This document shows positions 24,000 to 36,730 of a DNA stretch of 64,000 nt, piece after piece (position 1 is the stretch's first letter; every line of letters begins with the position of its first letter). Below the pieces are notes generated by a model. That model searched no databases. It worked only from the letters and a program-made list of their open reading frames with translations, and had not been told where the DNA came from. Origin of the DNA: Octopus sinensis (Eukaryota); NCBI RefSeq assembly GCF_006345805.1, contig NC_043007.1, positions 36,580,001-36,644,000 of the forward strand, written 5' to 3'. A program made the translations under genes and the position numbers.

Positions 24000-26815
24000 C
24001 TCTCAAATACACCCTCCACCAGGCGAAGAATTAGCCCCCTCCCCCCACATGGACTAGTCATTAGCAACTTTAGACTCCAGGCCAAAAGGATGCCAAGAAA
24101 CAGACCAATCTGGAAAAGAAGGATTTGGAAGCTTAAGGACCTTTCATATGATCAGAGATTTAAGGACATCCTAATTGAGAAATTTGATGAGAGGGAGGAG
24201 GAGCTACAAACTTGTGACATAGAGGGCAACTGGGAATTCCTGCAAGACAGCTTGCTGAGTGCCACAAACCAAATCTGTGGCTGGTGCAAAGACCCTTCCA
24301 GGCCTGGGGTAACGCTGTGGTGGAACAATACTGTAGACAGGGCCATTAAACAGCTCTGGAGGGCCTGAAAGAGTGGGGCAACAGGGAACTATATCAGATA
24401 GCCAGAAGGGAAGCTAGGGAGAAGCAGAAAAGAAATTTGCCTATATTCACCATCATGAGGGCCAAAGAACTGAAGTATTTCGGATTGCAAGACAGTGTGT
24501 GAGAGAAAATTATAATGTCATAGGAGAGAAATGTGTCAGCATGGATGATGGTGTGCTTCCATTTAATGAGTCTGCAAAGAAAGAGGCTTGGAGATGTCAT
24601 TATGAAAGGCTGCAGAATGTGGAGAATGAATGGGAGGAGGAGAGTCCGCCAAATGTTGACTCAATTGAGGGACCAGCTACCTGAATCGACAGTACTGAGG
24701 TAGATAAAGCAATTAAGGATATGAAGACAGAGAAAGCCCCCAACCCATCAGAAATCACCACTGAGATGCTTAAAATATCAGGTGATGTGGGTTATGGTCT
24801 AGTCACCCGTATTGTAAATCAGAAGGTTCATGAAGGAGTCATACCCAATGACAGATGTAGCAGCACTGTAGTCAACAGCTACAAAGATAAAGGTGATGCC
24901 TTAAACAAAAATAATTACAGAGGTATCAAATTGTTGGATCAGGTGATAAAAGTTGCAGAGAAAGTCATAGCCCAACTAATTAGGGAGAGAGTTTATCTAG
25001 ATGAGATGCAGTTTGGTTTGGTGCCAGGGAGCAGCACCACTGGTGCTATATTTCTGGTAAGGCAACTGCAAGAGAAATACCTAGCCAAAGATAAACTTCT
25101 ATACTTGGCTTTTGTTGACTTGGAGAAAGCTTTTGACAGGATCCCCCAATCCCTTATCTGGTGGTCAGTGCAGAAACTAGAGATAGACAAGTGGTTGGTG
25201 AGAGCCATACAAGCCTTGTACAGGGACACAACCAGTATGGTGAGGGTGGGCAATGAGTACAGCAAAGAATTCAGGGTACAAGTAGGGGTTCACCAAGGAT
25301 TGGTGATCAGCCCACTCTTGTTCATTATAGTCCTCCAGGCAATAACAGAGGAATTCAAGAGAAGCTCCTCTGGGATCTCCTCTATGCTGATGACCTTGCC
25401 CTTATAGCTGAATCACTACCTGAACTAGAGAAGAAATTCTAGGTATGGAAGCAAAGTCTAGAAGCAAAGGGCCTTAGAGTTAACCAAAGTCATAGTAAAT
25501 AGGAAGGCAGACAAATCACAAATCCTTTCAGGTTGGTGGCCCTGCTCAATCTGTAGAAAAAGTGTAGGTAGAAACTTCATAAGATGCACCCAGTGTAAGC
25601 TTCGGATACACAAAAGGTGCAGCAATATCAGAAGAAGGTTAACAGGGAAACTAACTTTTGTATGTGGAAGGTGCACGGGCATAATAAACATTAAAAAGGT
25701 GCACAAAACAGACTCCATCAACTGCCAGTGGGGAACAAGCTAGAGGTAGTAGCTAGCTACCGTTTTCTAGGTGACCAGGTTAGTAGTGGAGGTGGATGTT
25801 CTAAGAGCATAGCTGTGAGGATAAGATTAGGCAAGAGAAAGTTGAGAGAGCTCCTACCCCTGCTGACAACAAAGAGCCTCTCTCTCGGAGTGAAAGGCAG
25901 ATTGGATGATGCTTGTGTGCGAACAGCTATGCTGCATAGCAGTGAAACATGGGCTATAACAGCCGAGAACATGCGTAGGCTTGAGAGAAATGAAGCCAGT
26001 GTGTTTCGCTGGATGTGCAATGTCAATGTGCATGTTCAACAGAGTGTAAGCATCTTGAGAGGAATCAGATGGTGTGCAAGAGAGACAACTGTGCCGGTAT
26101 GGTCATGAGATGCATATGTATAAGGACAGCAATATAAAGAAGCACCAATCTCTAATTGTGGAGGGAACCTGTGAATTATGTAGGCTCAGGAAGACATAGG
26201 ACGAGGAGGTGAAGCATGATTTTTTAACTTTGAGCCTCACAGAAGCAATGACTAGTGACTGAAACCTTTGGCGATGTACTGTGTTTAACCCAAATGCAAC
26301 CATGCTGGTGGCATGTAAAGAACATCTCTTGAACATTGGGACTCATGGAGGCAAAGTGACAGAGTTCTTTTTAAGCGTTGGGCCTCACAAAGTCAAAGTG
26401 ACTGAGTTCCTCTTGAGCGTTGGGCCCGACAGAGGCAAAGTGACTGAGTTCCTTTTTGGGTGTTGGGCCTCACGGAGGCAATAGCTAAAACCCTTGACAT
26501 TATATCGTGCTTGAGAAGACCCACTAAGCTGAGCAAAATCACAGTCATGGAAGATACTAGTGTTATGCAAATTGGCACTCACACCTGTGACACATAAATG
26601 CACAGTGGTTTTGTGCAAATGGCACCCATGCTGGTGGCACGTAAGAGTACCCATTACACTCTCGGAGTTGTTGGCATAAGGAAGGGCATCCAGCTGTAGA
26701 AAACCATGCCAAATCAGACTGCAGTCTGGTGCAGCCTTCCAGTGTGCCAGCCCAGTCAAACCGCCCAACCCATACCAGCATGGACAATGGACGTTAAATG
26801 ATGATGATGATGATG
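24000..26815 (+). mobile_element. 5'-truncated, disrupted RTE-type non-LTR retrotransposon (end of APE, RT, C-terminus, 3'UTR, (GAT)n tail)
   Basis: PGEE..HGLVISNFR; YRGIKLL, QFGLVPGSST, FVDLEKAFD, GVHQG..SPLLF, YADD after a frameshift, FLGD, LHSSETW; multiple stops and frameshifts. Confidence 0.93.
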
Positions 26816-27187
26816 TATGCATGCACACAATATATTGTTTCCTGCAAGGACATTAAACTTTTATGGATGTCATTAAGAGTTTAAATTCCTGAAATTGAGT
26901 TGTTAACGAGATTAAAATTTTACAAACTATTGACTCATATTTCAATTATATATTGAAAGTTGAAAAATGATGTGTGTGTGTGAGAGAGAGAGAGAGAGAA
27001 ACAGACAGACAGACAGAGTTTATGCATATATGAGAGTATACATGAAGTGGGATGCATGTATGTAAGCACATGGTTAGTTAGAAGTTTGTACTTGTGTGTA
27101 TACATTTCTCTATAGGTGTCTCTATATGTATGTGTGGTACCTGTGTGTGTATGTGAGGGAGAGAGAGAGCGAGAGAGAAAGAGAGCA

Positions 27188-27225
<38 letters not shown>

Positions 27226-27594
27226 CAAGAGAAGTTAGCAGTTCTAACACTACATTCTTCTTTGATGATTGCCTTGAGGATTCTTTAGGGATACTCCAAA
27301 AATATGAAACTCTAAGGGATGTGGATCGGTATAACTATAAGAATGTCAGATCAGATGCCTTGTGGTATTTGTTCTAGCTCTTTGTGTTCCATGTTCAAAT
27401 CCTGCCACATCCTAGTAGTAAGATAAAAATTTGTCACCCAGTGACACTTTGGCTGTCTTTAGTGAAGACAACTCTGATGCAAGCATTCCAAGCTTGGTGT
27501 CCAGATTAAGGAGACTTTCTTCTCTCCTTCCCATGACTTTTGGAAGCCCCATAAAGGGTCATGGACACTCTCTTCTTGATTAAAAGAAAACATG

Positions 27595-27983
27595 TACAGG
27601 CATGGTTGTGTAGTAAGAAATTTGCTTCACAACCACATGGTTCCAGGTTCAATCCCACTGCATAGCCAATGCACCTTGGGCAACTGGATTCTACTATAGC
27701 CCGGACCAACCAAAACCTCGTGTGTGGAGTTGGTAGTAGACGGAAACTAAAAGAATCCTCTCTCTCTCTCTCCCTCTGTTTGCAGTTCACTATTGCTTCA
27801 CACCAGGTAATGATTTGTTTAGATCTCTGTAACTTAGTGCTCCAGCAAAAAGAGACCAAAAGAATAAGTACCAGGATTAAGATCAAAATAGGAACAGAGG
27901 ACAATTAGTTTGACTCAGCATTTCAAGGTGGTGCCCCAGAATGGCCAAAGTCCAATGAGTAAAACAAGCAAAAGATAAAAGAT
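27595..27983 (+). mobile_element. SINE-A, older copy
   Basis: Head, (CT)n middle and tail. Confidence 0.75.
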
Positions 27984-28659
27984 ATATGTGTATTTGTGTG
28001 TAAGTCTGTATGTCCATGTGTGTGTGTGTGTGTGTGTGTTTGTGTGTCTGTATGTGCATGTGTTTATGTGTTTGTGTGCCTATGTGTGTATGTGTGTGTG
28101 TGTGTGTGTGCCTGTATGTGCATATATGTACAAATGTGTGTGTGTGTGTGTGTGTGTATACACTTTTGCAATGTAAAATACAATAATTCCCAGTACAAAT
28201 ACACCCTGACACAGAGGCTTTGATGTTGCTGAACAATATTGGGTGGTGCCCTTCTTGTATCTTAATCACTGGCTGACTGAAAGTCTGAGTGAGTGAGGTG
28301 TGGCTCAATTTGAACAAAAAGTGGAGACCCCCACCTAACAAAAAAATTATTTTTAGTACCCCCTCATCCCTACCACTATAATACCACTACTATTGATTGC
28401 TTCATGATTATAAAAGTGAAGAGGGAGGGGTGACAGTAATGTGTGTGTGTGTGTATGTATTTATGTGAATGTGTGTGATTGCTCTAGAGGAAGGGCGTGG
28501 TGTGGTTGGAGTTGTTTAGCTTCAAGTCAGTCCTAATTGAGCAGGTATACAGTCAAACACTCATATGTGACCATCCCAACTACTCTTTTATTTAATTTTG
28601 TATCAGGTAATGTGCATCTGGGGCGACATTATCCAAAATAACCTTTTCTTTTTAAGACA

Positions 28660-28818
28660 GTATGAGTGGCTGTGTGGCAAGTAGCTTGTTTACCAACCAC
28701 ATGGTTTCGGGTTCAGTCCCACTGCATGGCACCTTGGGCAAGTGTCTTCTGCTATAGCCTCAGGCCGACCAAAGCCTTGTGAGTGGATTTGGTAGACAGA
28801 AACTGAAAGAAGCCCGTC

Positions 28819-28854
<36 letters not shown>

Positions 28855-29080
28855 GCGTGTGTGTGTGTTTGTGTGTCTGTGTTTGTCCCCCTAGCATTGC
28901 TTGACAACCGATGCTGGTGTGTTTATGTCCCCATTACTTAGCGGTTCGGCAAAACAGACCGATAGAATAAGTACTGGGCTTACAAAAGAATAAGTCCCGG
29001 GGTCGAGTTGCTCGATTAAAGGCGATGCTCCAGCATGGCCGCAGTCAAATGACTGAAACAAGTAAAAGAGTAAAAGAGAG
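28660..29080 (+). mobile_element. SINE-A, full length
   Basis: Matches 22746-23103. Confidence 0.9.
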
Positions 29081-29344
29081 AGAGTTATCTGAGGAACAGT
29101 TGATCTCCTATTACTAGCACTTCAAACGACAACATAGAAGCTCTCTCTCATTGGCTCAAGTATATGATTATACTCAGGTGTATATGCATGTGTGTGTGTG
29201 GCAGTGTAGGCAAGCATGAGAGAAGCCACAGCTGTAAAAGCAAAAGCACAAGTGTGACAAACCCTTCCCATCAGAATTGGAAACTATTTCAGTCTCATAG
29301 AAATATTGGTTTCAAATTCTCGCACAAGGCTAGCAGTTTCAGTG

Positions 29345-29520
29345 GAGGTGTTTAGTCAATTACATCAACCCCAGAGCTCAACTGGTACTTATTTTATCAA
29401 CCCCCAAAAGCTGAAAGGCAAAGTCAACCTTGGCAGAATTTAAACTCAGAAGCTAAAGAGGGACAAAATGCCACTAAGCATTTTGCTCAGCATGCTAACG
29501 ATTCTGCTAGCTTACCATCT
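29345..29520 (-). mobile_element. SINE-B
   Basis: Matches 47593-47804. Confidence 0.75.
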
Positions 29521-29997
29521 TAATCTGTTAGAAATATTAAAACTCTACAAAACTCAGGTAAGATCCACAATGAAATATTTCTCTCATATCTGGACTGGTA
29601 GTGCTACAGGACACCCAGATACCCTAGACAACCTCTAGCAAAGAGCCATCTAAGTGAGTGGCATAAAGTCATTCACAGACACCATCATCACCATCTATAG
29701 CACAGGTACACTACCTCCTCTATTTAATTTTTTTATCTCTACTATAATGGCCCCTGCTCAATGGAGCTGGCTTGGCTCATGCTTCCCCCACTCAGGCATT
29801 CTCAACCCACACACCTATCCTCCTCTCATTACTCTAATTGTGCCCAGCACCACCAGCCCCACATTAATCCCTATATCCAGTTCTTCCTTCCCAGAACATT
29901 GCCCTTTTCCCTTCCTCTAGACTCAGCAAGTAAAAAACAAAATGAAACTATATATATATATATATAGTCAGTAAAATATATATATATATATATATAT

Positions 29998-30187
29998 ATC
30001 ATCATCATCATCATCATCATTTAATGTCCACTTTCCATGCTAGCATGGGTTGGACGATTTTGACTGAGGGCTGGCAAACCAGATGTCTGCGCCAGGCTCC
30101 AATCTTGATCTGGCAGAGTTTCTACAGCTGGATGCCCTTCCTAACGCCAACCACTCTGAGAGTGTAGTGGGTGCTTTTTACATGCCA
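29998..30187 (-). mobile_element. RTE-LINE 3'-end copy
   Basis: (cat)n followed by the reverse tail. Confidence 0.85.
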
Positions 30188-30728
30188 CGAGTAACAGTAG
30201 AGGTATAGGTGCCAGTCCATTACAGCCATTTCTAACTACTCCTTTAATTGATTAATAAAAAACACTACAGCATTGTAAAGAAACCATTTTCATCAAATGA
30301 ATTCATGAACTTCAAAATAAAGGACATTCAAAATGACTTAACATAGCTTAAAATTCACGGAATAAAAACATTTACAGTTATCCTGCTACTGTTTCAGTTC
30401 TGTCAACTGAAATAGTAGCAGAATCACTGTAAATGCTTTTGCCCTGAGGATTTTAAACTATGTTAAATCATTTTGAGTGTCCTTTATTTTGAAGTATGTT
30501 TATATTATTCTGACCTAATGAGATGCCTCAATTCAAGTACCTAATTCAACTAAATCTTACTTATGTATGTGTATATATATATATATATCAAAAGGATGTG
30601 CTATAACACTATTCCACACATACAAAAACACCCATTCCAACATATTTCCATCATCAGCTGCCCCACAGATATCATTATGGTTTCAACACCATTCAAACCA
30701 GCGGTGTGTGTGTGTGTACATATATATA

Positions 30729-31190
30729 TAGGTGCAGGTGTGGCTGTGTGGTAAGTAGCTTGCTTCCAATGATATGGTTCCGGGTTCAGTCCCACAGTGT
30801 GGTACCTTGGGTGAATGTCTTCTACTATAGCCTTGGGCCAATCTAAGCTTTGTGAGTGGATTTGGTGGATGGAAACTGAAAGAAGCTCACGTGTGCGTGT
30901 GAGTGTGTGCATATATGTGTGTGTGTGTGCATGTATGCTTCTGCGTGTGTGTGTGTGTGCGTGCATGCGTGCGTGCGAGTGTGTGCACTTGTCCCCTACC
31001 ACCATTTGACTACCAGTATCAGTGTGTTTACATCCCCATAACTTAGCAGTTTGGCAAAAGAGACAGATAGATTAAGTACCAAGATTTTTAAAAATAAGTA
31101 CTTGGGGTTAATTCATTCGATTAAAAATTCCTCAAATCAGTACCCAGTATGGCCCCAGTCTACAGACTGAAACAAATAACAGATAAAAGA
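30729..31190 (+). mobile_element. SINE-A
   Basis: Head, (TG)n middle and tail. Confidence 0.8.
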
Positions 31191-31693
31191 TATATACATT
31201 TGAATGTGACAAGGTGGAACCCAGTACGAAACTTTGAACAGAAGGGGCTTGAGTGTGTGTGAGCATGACTTCATAAATCTGCATGTACAGACGTTTGTTG
31301 GAGTACATAGACACAGTATTAGAATTCAAGTGTAGACAATCAAATGCATACATTCAAGAGCAGCTATAATGTTTGTATGTTCACATATGCATATTTATGT
31401 GTAGAGTTCCAAGTGTGTACATTCATGAGCTAAGTGAGGTTGTGTGCATGGCACGTGAGCTGCACATTTTACAAAGCATGATGATTGCGAACGTCAGGTT
31501 ATTATAGTCGGTTATTATAGGTTAGGTTATTATAGTCGGAATGAATGTGTGTGTGTATGTGTAATGTGTGTATGTGTGCATGTGTGTATATGTGTGTGTA
31601 TATGTGTGCGTATATGTGTGAGTGTGTGTGTGAATGTGCATTTATATATATTTATATATATCTAATATCAAGGTCTCATTCTTTTGTTGAAAC

Positions 31694-31695
<2 letters not shown>

Positions 31696-31724
<29 letters not shown>

Positions 31725-32001
31725 TATTATCATCATCATTATCATCATCATTATCATTATTATTATAATTATCATCATTATTATCATCATTATTATCATC
31801 ATTATTATCATCAGTATTATCATCATTATTATTAGTATTATCATTATTATCATCATCATTATCATTACCTTTATCATTATCATTATTATTATTATCATCA
31901 TTATTATTATCATTATCATTATCTTTATCATTATTATTATCATTATTATTATTATCATCATCATTATCATTATCTTTATCATTATTATAATAATAATGAC
32001 G

Positions 32002-32035
<34 letters not shown>

Positions 32036-32599
32036 TGATGATGATAATGATAAAATAATGATAATGATGATGATAATAATGATGATGATAATAATAATAA
32101 TGATAATAATAATGATAAAGATAATGATGATGATAATAATAATAATAATGATATATATATATATGATAATGATAATGATAATAATAATGATGATAATAAT
32201 AATAATAATAATGATGATAATAATGATAATAATAATGATGATGATAATAATAATAATAATGATGATGATAATAATGATAAAGATAATGATAATGATGATG
32301 ATAATAATATAATGATATAATAATGATAAGATAATAATGATGATATAATAATAATAATGATATATATATATGATAATGATAATGATAATAATATGATGAT
32401 AATAATAATAATAATAATGATGATAATAATGATAATAATAATGATGATAATAATAATAATAATGATGATGATAATAATGATAAAGATAATGATAATGATG
32501 ATGATAATAATGATGATGATAATAATAATATGATATATATATATATGATAATGATAATGATAATAATAATGATGATAATAATAATAATAATGATATATT

Positions 32600-32600
<1 letters not shown>
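31696..32600. repeat. Trinucleotide array that flips from (ATT/ATC)n to (AAT/GAT)n at about 31988
   Basis: Seen directly; junction attattataataat is palindromic. Confidence 0.9.
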
Positions 32601-32637
<37 letters not shown>

Positions 32638-32799
32638 GATGGAGAATGTTTGCAAGCCTGACAGGTGAACAATACCTGCAATTCAGTATAAGTCAGCTTT
32701 GTCATACAACATGTCATACTGATTCTGCACAAGAATAACATTAAAGGTTAAAAGTGCCTATGGAATACTCAGCCACTTACAATTTTTACAATAATTTAA

Positions 32800-33019
32800 C
32801 CCTTTCGTTACCATATTTATTTTGAGATGTTCTGTGTTTCTTTCAATTACGTTAAATATAACAAAGAATTTAGTAAAATAATTTAGTTATCATTCAGCTT
32901 GTGTTAAGAACATAAATTGGGACTAAGGTTTGATGGAAGAATTTAATTCAGAATTTATGAAAACAAGACATTTGTACTCAGATCCCGAGCCGGTTTCAGC
33001 CGGGTTGGTAACAAAAAGG
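32800..33019. mobile_element. piggyBac-like MITE (family 1)
   Basis: TTAA|ccctttcgttacc ... ggtaacaaaaagg|TTAA; homologous to 5058-5279. Confidence 0.8.
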
Positions 33020-33486
33020 TTAATGAATAGCAAAGTCAGTTGACTGAATAACTGGAATATCAACTATCGAAACAAACTGAGATCAATGTATGCTTACACA
33101 CACACACACACTCACACTTTATAGATATTATATAATATATATATGATGATGATCATCATCATTCTTTAATGTCTGCTGGCATGGGTTGGATGGTTTGACA
33201 GGAGCTGGCCAGGCAAGATCCTGCAGTAGTCTTCTGCGTCTGTTTTGGCAAGGTTTTTACGGCTGGACACACTTCCTAACACCAACCACCCAGCAGAGTG
33301 GACAGGGTGTTTTTTATGTGGCACAAGGCTTCAATCACCCCAAGGCTACACTAGAAGACACTTGCCCAAGGTGCTACACAGTGGGACTGAACCCAGAACC
33401 ATATGGTTAGGAAGCAAGCTTCTTACCACACAGCCATGCCTGCACCTATATGTGTGTGTATGTGCATGCATGTGTGTATATACATT

Positions 33487-34188
33487 TTATGTGTCCAAAG
33501 CTTATACTGATAGCATTTTATAGAGTTTCTACCTACAACTTTTCTACAGATCGAGCAGGGACATCTACCTAAAGGGATTTGTGAGTTGTCTGCCTTCCTA
33601 CTTACTAAGACTTTGGCTTTTGCTAGGTTAACTCTAAGGCCCTTTGGTTCTAAACCTTGCTCCCATACTTGGAACTGCTCTAGTTCTGGTAGTGATTCAG
33701 CTATAAGAGTAAGGCCATCAGCATAGAAGAGATCCCAGGGGAAGCCTGTCTTAAATCCCTCCGTTATTGCCTGAAGGACTATGATGAACAAGAGGGGGCT
33801 GAGCACTAAACCTTGGTGAACCCCTACTTGTACCCTGAAATCTTCGCTGTACTCATTGCCAAACCTCACCATACTGACAGCATCCCTGTACATGGCTTGT
33901 TCAACTCTAACTAACCACTCATCTATCCCTAGTTTCCACACTGACCACCAGATAAGGGATCAGGGCACCCTGTCAAAGGCTTTCTCCAAGTCAACAAAAG
34001 CCAAGTACAGAGGTTTATCTTTGGCTTGGTATTTCTCCTACAGCTGTCTTACCAGAAATATAGCATCAGTGGTGCTTCTCCCTGGCACAAAACCAAACTG
34101 CATCACATCTAGACTAACTCTCTCCCTAATTAGTTGGGCTATAACTCTCTCTGTAACTTTCATCACCTGAACCAACAATCTGATACCT
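33487..34188 (-). mobile_element. Internal RT fragment of the same RTE family as 24000-26815
   Basis: GVHQGLVLSPLLF, FYADGL, GLRVNLAKAK, CPCSICRK; in-frame stops upstream. Confidence 0.9.
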
Positions 34189-34339
34189 ACAGATATATAT
34201 CTACATGACATTTTGAAAACAACTTGCAGATGTAAGCGCTACCAGTCGAAAGCTCCACATACAAGATGCTAGCAAACTTATGGTGTTGATAGGAAAGAAA
34301 AAGTAATATAAAATATGTAATAGATTTATAATATATCAG

Positions 34340-34900
34340 ATCTGGATGTGTGGTAAGAAGCTAGTTAAAATTCCACCGAGGTTGACTTTACCTTTCATCC
34401 TTTCGGGGTCGATAAATTAAGTACCAGTTACACACTGGGGTCGATGTAATCAACTTAATCACTTTGTCCGTCCTTGTTTGTCCTCTCTATATTTAGCTCC
34501 TTGTGAGCAGTAAAGAAATAAGAAGCTTGCTTCCCAATCACATGGTTCTGGGTTCAGTCCCAGTGCGTGGCACGTTGGGCAACTGATTTCTCTTTCTACT
34601 ATAGCTTAAGGCCAACCAAAGCCCTGTGAGTGGATTTATTAGACAGAAACTAAAAGAAGCCTGTCGTATATATATTTATATATGTATTTATGTCTGTGTT
34701 TGTCCCCCACACCATTGCTTGACAACCGATGATGGTGTGTTTATATCCCTGTAACTTAGTGGTTCAACGAAAGAAACTAATAGAATAAGTACTCAGCTTA
34801 TAAAGAATAAATCCTAGGGTTGATTTCTTCGACTATATCCTTTTAAGGTGGTGCTCCAGAATGGCCACAGTCAAATGACTGAAACAAGTAAAGGAATAAA
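34340..34900 (+). mobile_element. SINE-A whose head is interrupted by a SINE-B 3' part (34362-34520)
   Basis: taagaagct is duplicated on both sides of the SINE-B segment. Confidence 0.75.
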
Positions 34901-34916
34901 ATGATATATACATGTG

Positions 34917-34951
<35 letters not shown>

Positions 34952-35613
34952 TAAATTTATATTTGACATTATAAACACTAATTTGCGATAGAAAGGGAAA
35001 ACCAAATACTGGACTGAAACCATATATCTACTACTTGGCTAACCACTGTGTTAGCATGTGTATGTGTATGTGTATATGTATGTGTGTGTGTGTGTGTTTG
35101 TGTGTATACATCCATATACACACACATACATACACAAAATTCACCCACCTACATCTAAATATAGCTATGCATGGATATGTATATGCATAGGGTAATGATG
35201 GTGGAGGTGGTGATGGCAGTTACGGAGTACAAGAACGCGTGGGCAGCTGATTGGGTGTGTCGTTAAGTTCATGTTCGTGACGGTGGTACAATGGAATCAA
35301 AAAAATAAAACCCCCTTCAACACCACGGACAACACCTGCAATCTAACAGGGTTTACTTTTTAAAAGGACAGAATACGATCCAGATAACTTTCACTCCACC
35401 CAATGATATGGTGAGATATAATGAGATCATCTGAACATGGTTGAATGTATGAGTGTGTTTCCTTGTGCATGTATCCGTTTATACAAATCAAGATGGAGTA
35501 TATAATATATACAACTCAGATGGAGTATATAATCATCATTAATACCACCACCATCAATACCATCATCACCATTTGTGTGTATATAGATATGTTTATAAAT
35601 GTATAAATGTGAG

Positions 35614-35644
<31 letters not shown>

Positions 35645-35649
35645 ATATA

Positions 35650-36020
35650 AAGAGAAAGTTTACGAAAATAAACAAAAGACGAAGGCAGGTGGAGTACAAA
35701 CAAACAAATGCATTAGTATAGCGCTCAGGAATAGAAAAAGTCTTTTACGTTCCGAGCCTACGCTCTTCGACAGAAAGATACACAGAAAAAAACGAGGAGA
35801 GAAAAAAATGCGTGTAGGAGCTAACGATCTATCATGGCGTCCTATATATATATATTGCTTGAAATATGGAGTAGAAAAACAGCCAACAATTGATGAAGGG
35901 TTATTCTTTATGTTGCTTGGCTTGTTTTCCATTTGTTTCCTTCATTGTTCGCAACAAAAAAAAACGTCCATATTCCATGTTTCTGTATTTTGTATTTCAT
36001 GTTGTTTATGTTCTGTGACG
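35650..36020. mobile_element. Penelope-like terminal-repeat fragments
   Basis: acaaaagacgaaggcagg (also near 20440) and a hammerhead-like motif at 35741-35778 (-); family assignment is from recollection. Confidence 0.55.
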
Positions 36021-36730
36021 TCCTGTGCGCATATATGCATGTGTATATACATATATATATGTACATATATGTATGTATATATGCATATATATGTATGTAC
36101 ATATATGTATGTATATATGGATATATATATATATGTAAGTATGTACATATATGTATGTATGTATATATGTATGTATATATATATATATATGCAAGTGTGT
36201 GTATGGAGAGATGTATATATATATATATATATATTGTACGTCTGTGTGTGTATAAGTGTATGCATGTATATATAAGTATATATAAATATATATATATATA
36301 TATATAAACACACACATACATACATATATATAAATGCACACATACACACACATACACACACATATATATGGATATATATACATATACTCCTACAGGTGTG
36401 ACTGTGCATATGTAATTGTGAATAATAAGGATGATGATGATGATATATATATACATTTATGTACACACACACACACATATGCATGTATATGCACACACCC
36501 ACTCTTATACACCTGATGAACTTCTACTCAAGTGCAAGAACACAATTCCAATTACAAGCCCACAGTTGACTCAGCACTATGACAGAAAGCATTTGCCCAT
36601 GGAGCAACATAGTGTTATCAAACCCAGAAATAACATTTTGGTGATGTAAACTTTCGGACACGCTTGCATCTACCTGTTTTGGTGTAGAAAACAAGAGACA
36701 AATATACTGAAAATAAAGGTGCTGACATGA

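Noticed and set aside
31642-32655. 337-aa ORF, the longest in the window
   Set aside because: Poly-Ile/His/Asn-Asp translation of a trinucleotide array.
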